A DNA stretch of 64,000 nt from Stylophora pistillata (Eukaryota), in assembly GCF_002571385.2 (NCBI RefSeq), contig NW_019217800.1:1295854-1359853 (forward strand), written 5' to 3'. The translations under genes and the position numbers were made by a program. The notes under the pieces are model-generated. The model ran no database searches. It was not told where the DNA came from and worked only from the letters and a program-made list of their open reading frames with translations. Below, one piece after another: positions 25,601 through 37,300 of this stretch (positions are counted from its first letter, which is position 1; each line of letters opens with the position of its first letter).

Positions 25601-28060
25601 GCTATGAGTGTTTTACTATTAGAAAATCGTACGAGTTTGAATACGTTTTGATTTAAGGAATGTTCATGTCTCCATTATTTCAGAGGGTCTAAAATTACAC
25701 AGCGTAACAAATGCATGAGCTGTTTGTTGTATAAATGTTCTCGTCAGATTAAGTTAAACGAGTAACTTTTCCACAATTTCGTTATTTCTCTTCAAGGAAG
25801 CTGGAGTTACAATGACTGATCACCACAGCGCTTCCGAATCTTTCTTAAAGCACCTTGAGAATGAGGTTCGTGGTCAGTTTGTTTGTTTGTAAACTGAAAG
25901 CTTAATTAATATTTATACCACTGAGGGTTCCCCTTGGTTAGGAACATTTGGGGGGCAAAGAAAATGGTTTAAGACATCGAGGGCCAGAGTTATCCTAGGT
26001 AAGTTCACACTTCAGAGATTTCAAACTAGGGGGATCTTGCACCGACCCAATATTAGTTGGAAGAATACCAAATCTATTTTAGTTGTCATCAATCATAAAT
26101 TCTCCTTGACAGAGAGGGGTAACATTCATCTTGAGATAATCTAACCTTCCTTTTAGCTACGGGGCTCTGTCGCAAGTTGAAAGAAAGAATAAATTGTGAC
26201 AAACCAATATCGATGTCTCTGAATTACCTTCAAGATCACACTATTCGCCAAAAATAGTATCTTGACTTTGAAGGTGGCATTGACCATCTTACTTAAACTG
26301 ACACAGGTAAAACTTCGTGGAGGCTGCCCGGGAGACTGGGTGTGGATTGTACCTCCCATCTCAGGCAGTGCTACGCAGGTGTTTCATCAGGTTAGTTCAT
26401 TCTAAAGTAACCATTTGACCAGTCGAGAGAGCTTAAAAATGATATCTCTAGTTTAGGATGCAAAGGGATCCAGATTGCGTGCCAAAACGTGCATGAGTGG
26501 GGTCCTGTATCCTCGGGGGCTTTGAATATTGCACCCCAAATTTCAGTTCATTTTATTTCCATCTCTGCTGTCCACGGTACCCCCTTGGTACTCCTGACGA
26601 TAATTGACGTTCCTTTCGTCTACAGGAAATGTTAAATTACACTTTGAAACCAAGCTACGAATACCAGGTTAGTCATATTAACTTAAAATCGAAATCTCTT
26701 ACGCGCACTTAGATATCATGTGTATTAAATGTAAATTTGGAATGAACGGATCGACCAATATGGCGTCCCATTAGTCAGATGTTTTAAAAGTTTTAGTGTA
26801 TTTCTCAGACTTTTCTCAATTATTAAATGTTCCCCGCCTCATGATGATTTCAAAGAAACTATTATGTTATGAAAAATGATGCTCAACTCTCTCAACTGGC
26901 ACATCTCTGTGAAGCTCATGATACTCTTTTCCAAGAATGAGATTTCCTAACCTAGGTTTTTCTTTTGTTTGCTTACGCCTCAAGATTGATGATAATTATT
27001 GTTGTGTATTCCAGGACGATCCTTGGAAACACTATTCAATAAAGAAAGACACGTCTAGCGATTCTCCAAGGAAGAAAGCTTCCTTTAAGGAAGTAGCAAA
27101 GTAAGTTGAACGTACATGATTCATCGGCGCAAACGAGTAGAACGTACACAGTTCTTGCCATGAACCTGATGACAAGAACTATGTTAAAGAGTCCTTTCTT
27201 GCGGTAGTTCACTACTGCTCTCAGTTAATGTTCGTGAAAAAGTCCTCACAACGTTTCTTTTGATGAATATGTAATGTGAAACACTATGTGAGGGTAAAGT
27301 CACATAGCATGTCACAGCAGGCAAACAGGTCTGATCAAAGTGTAGAGTCCTTTGTAAAAGGAGAGAAAGAGGAAGAGGAATCAGGTAAAGCTTTTACTTA
27401 CGCCTCTGTTCCACCTGGAATTATCTAAGTGAAGACCACGGTTCTCCAGAATATGGTAGTTTCTGTTGTTAGAATCAGATATTTCTTATTGTTTTCTCAC
27501 TAATGAGATGAACTAACTCATAGCTGTAACTACATTTTTGCAAGAGATCTATAATTATACAGCTTCATCTTTCAACTTCGAGAACCGTTGATGTTGTTCA
27601 CAATTGATCAGCATTCTACATTGACTTGGGCTGGTTAAGGTCTATTCCAGCCAATGCTTTCATTTCAGTGTCATCCTTCGATGAACAGGAGGGTTACATT
27701 TTTAGCACTGAAATCTATGCTTACCTCCTTTTTAGGGCAGTTAAATTTTCTGCTAAACTATTTAGCAAAGCTTTGGCTAAAAGACAGAAGGCCGTCATCC
27801 TTTATGCAACAGAAACAGGAAAATCAGAGCGTTACGCCAAGATGCTCGGAGAACTCTTCTCTCATGCGTTTGATCCGAAGGTTAGGAAAGTTTGATTTTG
27901 AGATAATGTATGCCGACGAGGAATGTGAGACTTAAGTCGCTCACAGAATGCTTAACTTAGTTACTTGAAAAGTTAGAGGTTTCATCGTATTTCAATCATG
28001 CTTGTCGAGTTTGTAAATTGTCATAGTGAACGAGCGCTTTTAGAGAAATAATTATTATTA

Positions 28061-28097
<37 letters not shown>

Positions 28098-28113
28098 GCT
28101 TGTTATTGGTTTG

Positions 28114-28145
<32 letters not shown>

Positions 28146-28196
28146 TATAATATCAGTACTTTGTAACATCCGGTTTCTTCTTACAAAATAAAGTTT

Positions 28197-28229
<33 letters not shown>

Positions 28230-28297
28230 TTTTTTTAATTAAACATCTATTCCATCGCGCTTGTTGGATATGAGATGATTATAACCAACTCGGCGCT

Positions 28298-28347
<50 letters not shown>

Positions 28348-31300
28348 ATAATTGTTAAATACCGTTTTACTATATGTATTTCACAGGTTGTTTGTATGCA
28401 GGACTACGCCCATCCTGAGATGGAGAATGAACAGCTTGTCCTAATTGTAACTAGCACGTTTGGAAACGGAGACCCTCCTGAGAACGGAGATGTAAGCCAA
28501 AGTTGAAGTGCCATTCTCTCACACTTTACAAACATTGTGGACTTATTAGCATTGACACATAGAATATTCTCTATAAGTACTCCCCCCCTTATCGCTATCT
28601 TGAACTAGATGAGATGTAAGTGAGGCCTATTCATTCTACCTTACCACTTATAGGGATATCATGACCCTCACAACAAACTTTTCAAATTAGGGGGCATGCA
28701 AACCTTTGTAACCTCTACATCACCCAGTAGCCAGTACCCAATGATCCGGATTTTTGCTGAAATGTGCATCTATGTTTTCTCCCCAGGAATTCGCTCGTTA
28801 CTTGTACGAACTCCGCCATCCACCAGATGGGTAAGTTAAATCTTATTACGTTCAACTATTTTTCCTTGATTACCTTCAAAAGGCAAACATCCTGATGCAC
28901 GCTAAGCAGAGAACAGACGGTGGCACAGCCCTAGAAGCTAGTTCAATGTTTACTTTTTCTTTAATCAACAATTATGTTTCGTCCTAAACAAACTTTCAAA
29001 AGCCTCTCCTTACAGTTCTTATTGTTATTATTATCATTATTGTTATTTGTAGTATTATCATTATTATTACTGTTATTTCGCTCAAAAACTAATAGTTAGA
29101 TAAATGATGCAGATTATTTTTAATTTTATTTCCTCGATGGTACATGTCTTTTAGAAGTCGATCGTCGCGCAACATGATGAAACAACTCGGCAGCCTGTTG
29201 ATTCAAAAAGAGAAGGAAAAAAGAATTGATTTAATGAACAACAGTCAACCACTTGCTAACCTCAGGTAATCATACATAAAAAGAGACACAATCAGAAATT
29301 CCTATACTAGTAATTGTTTTAAATCATATATTAGACGAACCACGTTTAGTGGATCTAGCTCCTAACTAAAGAGCCAGTGTAATCGAAATGTTTAGAATTC
29401 GAACCAGCTTTGAACAAAATCAAATACAGACAACATTAAGCGACAGGGGTGCAAATGAAATAGAAGTGTATGGAGGTCCAAGATTGGAGTTTTTCTCCTT
29501 CACGAACAAAGACCCCATAGTTCGATTTGCACGATTGGTTGCTTTTTGTTCGATCTGGCTCATTGAAATCATCTTTTACGACATGTTTGTTTTATCGAAT
29601 GTTATTTTATGTGACGGAAGAGAAAAGTGGCTTCTTTATAATGCGCAGACTATGATGACATACCTATTTTTTAACCTTAAAGGTACTCTGTGTTTGGCCT
29701 GGGCTCCAGGGCTTACCCAAACTTCTGTGCATTTGCGCGTTCGCTTGATAAGATCATCCGGGAACTTGGAGGAGAGCCCGTGTTGAAGATGGGAGAAGGG
29801 GACGAGTTGTGTGGTCAAGAGGAGTCGTTCAAATTGTGGGCCAAAGACGTATTTAAGGTAAACAATAACGCTTACTGAACAGTAGCATTACTGGCTCGCA
29901 CGCACGTTAAGTGTTAACTTACTGGTAGACTCACCCTGACAGCTGCTTTATTCTTCTCAGAACGAGCTAAAAACTATTAAGAAACGAATTTAGATAAGGT
30001 TACTAAAGAACTTAATCACGGACATTTTTTAGACGTGAACGGCAGCTGGGCGTTGAGTGTCCTTGGGTTTTCCTATTGACTGTCGATGGTTAAAATGCTC
30101 CAAAAGCAGTTGTCTTCAACTGCCGGTCAATTCATCTTCTCTAATGGTCCTTAGATGTTAAATTCCTCACTATTACTCAGTGCATCAATCTTTGAATCCT
30201 CAGGCCGCTTGGGACTCATTCTGTATCAGTGACGAAATAACAAACGAAGCCAGTCAATCTCTGGACACAGTGCCAAGTGGCTGGGTACCAGGCCGCTTTC
30301 GGCTTGCGAATGTTATGATCTCCGCCGTGAATGCTTTCACTGAAGCGGTTGATGGACCGGACGGACACAATGAAATTATCCGAGGTAAGAAATGTGTTCA
30401 GCGGCCATTTTATTTTCATAAATTATTAGCTTAGCTTCTCATTATAAAGACGAAGTATACTTCAAACACAATGTAATATTTTCATCGCTATTAATTTCAG
30501 GTGTGTTGGACAATTGTGACACTAAATACGTTTCCAGAAATAAGGAAAATTATGAGGGGTTTGAAAAATATACTTCTTCTTTAATTAACCCTTGAACTCT
30601 CAAGATCTGAGGGAAATTCTCCTCTCTAGCTGCTACGCATTTTCATTTTAAATCAGTTACGAGAATTTGGTGTTAGATCGAGATAACATCTCCTGCCGGA
30701 TAAGTTTGAGCATTTTCACTACCTGTTTGCTGGATAACTTACGGATATTATGGGCAAAAGTTACGTGTGAATCACTTCTGGGAGTGTAAGGGTTAACAGA
30801 TTTTTGAAATAGCCACAGATGATTATTCAGCGATATTTATAGTTGCAATTTGACTCAAATACTTGCCAAGGACAAGAGACTGCAATCGCGCACAAAGTAG
30901 ACCAAATTCCAAGTTTATGATATATGATATTTAAATAATCTGTCACTTTTCTTGCCATCCAATATTTGTTTGATCTCTGCTTGTCTGTGTAGGTTTGACT
31001 CATATTTGTGGAAAAGCAGTGCGATCTGCGACGTTATTATCAGTTAAGAATTTACAGTGTCCTGAATCCAGGTCAGTGAATGAGTAAAGAAGTTTTTTTC
31101 TACCTTTTTGATTCGCAAGAATCTCCTTTTTGCGTCCTGAAAAGTCAAACAAAATAAGTATTAAAACCCTATATATATATATATACGCCTATAGCCCGAG
31201 CAAGGGTATGTCCACAGCTTTAACTGTGGGGCTGCACCTATGATGACGACACTGCCTGGCGCATGGGAAGCGTCCCTTGGCAAGGTACTCTGTTGATCGA

Positions 31301-34300
31301 TGACACAGCAAAGCTGAGATGATCGCAGAGAAGATCGTTGCATAACACCCACCCATCCCACCCCAGGGGAGGACATCCACCACACATTAATCTTGTACGT
31401 GGGAAATTAACGTCTCCTACCCCTAACCCTGCAGGAGACGGGGCCTACGGTGTACTCGTCCTTATCCTAGAAGACTAAAATATCTATCCATTTCTTGGTA
31501 TTATAGAAAGGTAGCGAATTCTCCTCAGTTATTTTAAGGCGATGAGTATTGGTCCGACCGGGGCTCGAACCCTCGACCTCGCGCACAACACAATCCCCGT
31601 ATTACAAACGCTTTGAGGGGGTAGTTGTTGTGCCAAAGGGTGGTGATAAGGCTTGAAATGGAGATCGTCACTAATGTATGTGCTTCATTCAGTTACACTG
31701 AGTTAGCAGAAAAAATGTCATGGCGAATATCCTCATACTCACCGCAAGTTCGTCGTTTTCCGTCGTCTGATTGTTAAGTGGAATCATCGTGATTCCACGA
31801 TTATGTGTGATTCCACGATTATGTATGATTCCACGATGATGTGTGATTCCACGATGACGTATTAGGAGTTGAGTGGTGTATAAACCCTAACAATTTTAAG
31901 TCATATGTGTGAAACAATGAAGAGATTCTACTGAAGTTAGGTATGGTCTGTTCGAAGCTCCTGATGGCAGTAAACTGACTCGAAAATTATAGGGGAAAGC
32001 AAAAAAACATAAGCAAGAAGAGAACACAAAATGAAACACAAATAAGTTACATGCGTTATATTCGGAATGAAATGAAGATATAATGTAATTGTTTGCGTGA
32101 CAGAACTGAATAATTTATTTATTTACGTCAGAAGACCTATTTCGTTATGAAATGTGTCAGAAAACAGATACTAATTACCCATGACGTAACCGTCAAATCT
32201 CATTGCCACTATAGTAAAAAATATTTTGATTGTTTCCTTGCCGACAAGGTTATAGATATTGGGTTGCTGTCTGACCGTACGTCATGGAGTGGGTAATTGA
32301 TGTCGGTACGAGATTCAAAAGGCCAGGGTGGCAAAAGAATCTGCCTATAATAAAGGAAGATCTAGTCTGAATGTACAACCAAATAATTTAATAGCGTTAC
32401 ATTGTAAACTAAAAAGGTTTTGGCAAGAATTGTGGGTCGTTTCTGTGTAAAACGATGAAAATTGGTAATAGGTAAAGATCTCGTGAGGCTTCGCATTTAC
32501 GTCACCATCGTTCACTAGGTCTTCGCCAAACAGACTAATTTCACCTAAGGGAGGTCTGGTGCGATTATATGACCAAAAAATTTGGCCGAGAAATTAAGCA
32601 GTGTAGCCTAAAAATTCGTGGTAACAAATGTAGAAAGTTACTGTGTCAAACCTTTTTCAATTTGATCCACAAAGAAATAATTTGATAGGCTTCACATTTA
32701 CGTTGTTCCTGTTGACTCTCGGAATACCAAACACCTTTGATGTCATCCAATTAAAATATTAAAATGCATCCAAATTAACAATTCTCAATTTTTCCAACTC
32801 ATAAGAGTTTTCTAGTTGCTCCCTGAAATTTCAAAGAATATGAGCCGAAAAACCCGCACTCAAACGATGATGGAGTTATGTGAGGCTTTCCAAAAAAGAG
32901 ATCGATGCCTTTCTTCAGAAGGTACTGGTGTTAGGTCATCGAAACTGCCCAAAGGGGTTGTCACTCAGACTTCGTTGCACAAAATTGAAGACTGAAACAT
33001 CGAAGTTTCCCTGTTACACTTCGTTCCCCAAGATTCAAGAAACACCAATAGTTTCTTGTGCTACGCTGTCAACGAAGTGTGGAGAACCACCGCTGGTTGC
33101 TAACTCCTCTTCTCAGAATATAGAAGGGGAGCAGAAGGAGGCCTGTTGACTTGCATTCAAAACTCTCAAGATAAATACACTTCGTTTGCCTGCAATCGAT
33201 GAACGGCGAGTGAGAGAGCTCAGTGGTAGTTTGGTTCAAGATCAGTGTCCTGTCAGAGATAAACAGGTTGAAGTCCCCCGCCGAAAAACAACACAGCGTC
33301 AAATCTCTCGAATCAAACATCCACAAGATCAACAAAAAAAGAGTCGAGAAGAGGTAGTGGTAGCTAAGCCGGTGTCAGTACGTGGGAATGTTACTGTCGA
33401 AGGTCCGAGGAGAAGAAGGTCTCCAGCAGTCCAGAATGAAAGAAAGATCTCCAAGCCTACCTTAGTATGTCAAACGCGAGTAGCAGTTAAAGTGTCCAAG
33501 CGTGAAGGGGGACAAGGTGGTCGTGGTACGATCAACAAAAAGTTCACACCTGGAGAACACGAACTTTGGATGCCACGAGCCTGGGTGAGTATCTATACAA
33601 CCTGGATCAATAAAGAAAAAACAGAGCGTTGAGGGACAGCAGATCACGAAACAGCAGCAGAATTTGACCGAAAACCAAATGCGACCCGAAAGTAGAAGAG
33701 CTGCGCCTTTGGTTCAAGTTTTGTGCATGCGCAGAGTTGGTCGTCAGGTTGTGACTGGTAATATGAAGATCACTGATAGAAGGAATGGACTCTGCGCCCA
33801 GACAAACCCTAGTCAAGAACACTTGACGTTTCTACGTGTTTTACGGAAACGATTCTAAATTAGCACTGGGGTTTTCCGTTATCAACTGCAAAATTTTCTT
33901 TTTTTTATGCTCAAAAATACCGTTGTATATATATTGTAATTTTCGATCGATTGACCATCGTAATCCGGAACAAGGTTGATTTTGGTTTACTCTGTCTTAA
34001 GCAATCACACTCGGTCAATTTTCCTACCCTTCAGCCTTTTGATAGGTTAAAACTGGTGTTTACCTTCTTTCTGATCAACTGTTGTGGCTATTTGGTTTTT
34101 TTATTTTCGACCTTCGATTGATAGCCGCTTTAAAGAGCTAGTCGTTGTCCTAAAAGGGTCGTGAACAGGCTTAAAATGGAGTTCGCCATTGGGATATATG
34201 CTTTGCTCAGCCATTCTTCTAGGAAGATTTCGTCTCGAATATTTTCATATATAGTCAGCGCAAGTTGTTCGATTTATGTAGTTTAAATATTTAGTGTGAG

Positions 34301-37300
34301 TACTCCTCAGTGATGTATCATAAGATTTGACTGGTGTATAAACCGTTAGAGCTTTGAATCGTATTTATGCAAGAATAAAAATGATTCTACCAGGGTTCGA
34401 AGCTCTCAACAAGTGTCTCCCAATAATTAAGAGCGGGCTGACAAAAAAAATTTAAATCTTGTGGGTCATGACCTCCCTCAAAAGCATGACTGTCTGAAAG
34501 CAACAAGCTAACCAGTCATGGAATTTGGAAAAATGCTGTAAAGTTCAAGATCATAAATTCCTTAAAACCTACTAAAAGCAATCAGTGTTGTTCCCTTCCA
34601 AATTAAAATATTATAACGATGCCCAAAGATTGCTGTTGTCAGTTCTCTTCGGGAGCAACCACACAGGGAGACGAAATATCTTGAATAATGGCTGACAATC
34701 AGACAAATTATGACTCTATACCTTTTTACTTCTTTTAGTCGCTCGACCATCTCAGTCCAGCTCAAAACAGAGAACAGCACAGAATTGCAGTACAAACCAG
34801 GGGATCACGTGGCCATCTTTCCCGCTAATCGCCCAGAGCTGGTACAAGCTTTGATTGACGGGCTATCAGATGACGTCGATCCTGATAAGCCAATCGCTGT
34901 TGAGGCCTTACGAGAAGTCAAAGGTGAATGCAAGTTCAGTTAAAAGTAGTAAGATATTTTCAGTGACCAGTCAGTACGTCTTCTGGATGAGATACTAGCC
35001 AACCCAAAACCTTCCACAAGAATTTCGTCCAGTTTCCACGACAGTTCGCCGGCCCCCGTCCTTACTCCTGGTTAGAAAGAGGCATTGAGAGGATGTAGTA
35101 TCTTGCTTAGAACACACTACAAATTACATAGTGCAAACGAGTAAGGTTACAAAAGGTAACAATTTCATTACGATTATTACCTTAGGTATTCTAAAAACAG
35201 CCAAGAAATGGGAAGTTTTCACCCGTCTTCCTTCACAAATTACACTGCGTCAAGCTCTCTCGCGTTACCTAGACGTTACGAGTGTTCCTTCACCACAGAT
35301 CCTGAAAGCTTTGTCTGCTACGGTAAACTCTCAACTTATTATAGTGATCCAGAATTCCTCCACAGTTCATTCGTAGAATAACTGACTCCTCTTGCTACAG
35401 CTATTACCTGTGCTTTTTGCTGTAGTTCCTTCTTACCTCACTGACACTCAACTTCAAGTTGAAACAGCTGAATGAATCCTTCTACAGCGGCGGTGTGTTC
35501 CTTGTCGTTTGCGTTCAAGGGCAAGGCTATCTAATGCATTTGCAGTACATTGAGCCCCGAATATCTCGAACTTTCCTGTAACTCGGCGGCGTACCCAGGT
35601 TGGGATGAGTGTCATTGTGTCACTGTTAATTTCGTTGGGTTGTCTGTGGGATCCCAGTGTCTCAAACCAGTCTTGTTTGTACCTCGTTCATTGATAATAT
35701 CTCATTTCCACTTCTTTGTTTGCCTGTACTTCTGACCTACACTGAACTGAGACATTTCCATTTTAAAATTATTTTAAAATGTCTACACTTGTTTAGGCTA
35801 CTGACCCAGCAGAAAAGGAAAAACTTGAAATTCTTAGCCAGGTGAGGTGTTGGTAATTTTTTTATTTTTAAGTTAAATCATACAATAAAAAAAACTCCGT
35901 CTTTCGCTCGTTTACATTTGTATATGTCCTTCTAAGTTCTCAACTTAAGTCTTCCTCTACAACACTTTGGTATTTTTTTCATTTCTTTTTCTCTCAGGGT
36001 AATAACCGATACGAGGACTGGAAGTTTGAAAGTGAATGTAACATTCTTGACGTGCTACAAGAGTATCCCTCCTTACAAGTTCCAGCTGACTTATTACTCA
36101 CTCAGTTGCCTTTGTTGCAGCCGGTAAGTCACACTGCTTGCTAGGTCAGCAAGCAGTTATACTGAATCATTCAACTTTTTACGGTGCAACCGCCCCTCTC
36201 CCCTCCCCCCCCCAAAAAAATTGTTGGGATCATAGGAATTGTGTAGAGGGAGTGAAGTCCGAGTTTTAAAACCCGTCTCAATGGGACTGAGATAAGACGT
36301 AAAGTTTGTTTTTACTCCACGTGAAACTCCGTTACGCGTTACGAGCCCACTCAAAGAGCAAAGATCTCCAAAACAATTCTTGTAAGTCCAGCGTGTCTAC
36401 CTCACTCAAAGCTATGACAAACGCTACTTGGAGACTTTTTTAATCTCCTCTCACAAATTACTACGATCTTTGTCAGAATAATTTCTTTGTTATCAACAGC
36501 GTTTCTACTCCATCTCATCATCGCCAGACTTTTTCCCAGGTGAAGTTCACCTGACGGTGGCAGTGGTACAGTATAAGAAGAGAGGTAAGATATTTGAGTT
36601 TGAAGTATCGAGAAATCACAGTTTTAATGCACTTGATTCATTGTCAATGAAGGTGATAGATTGATAGATGTGAAACATTGTCCAAGTATTACAACACAAT
36701 ACGAGAGAGCGTGTTTAATTGGAGATTCTTCTCTGGACAATAGAGGCCAAGTTGTGCTTTTCACGAGCGCTTCGGAAGTGATTACGAAGTTCTTTTCGTC
36801 TCCGTGCGGCCGAAGAGACATAATCTCGCGTCAAGAGTTTAATTTCCCAGCATTTTCCGGCACATTGGCAAAAATAAAGTAGTTTTTGGTTCGTTCTGTC
36901 CAGTATATACTAAATAAATATTCCCCTCAGTTGGTGTCATCTCGATATCACACCAAGCACACCAACTATTTGACAGTAAAATGTATAGTTGGTTAAAGGG
37001 AGGATTACAATATGATTCATATATTATGAGTTTAAGGGTTTACTATTGTATTCTTCTGGTGCTGTTTGCAACCTGATATATTTTGCGAATTTCTCTCATG
37101 GAATGTCTTGGTAACTCTGCTGCGTTACGTCTTAGATGGAAAAGGTCCCATACATCATGGCGTTTGCTCCACATGGTTAAACAGTTTGCAACCTGGAGAC
37201 AAAGTGGCTTGCTACGTGCGGCAGTAAGTCATGTCTCAACTTATTTTGCGTTGTGAAACTCAGTGAATTTAAAAACGTTGCTATGTACTGATTATGCGTG

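Noticed and set aside
33144-33149. In-frame TGT-TGA (Cys-Sec) suggesting a selenoprotein
   Set aside because: The same reading also needs two frameshifts, has no redox-fold context, and I see no SECIS; a nonsense mutation is simpler.
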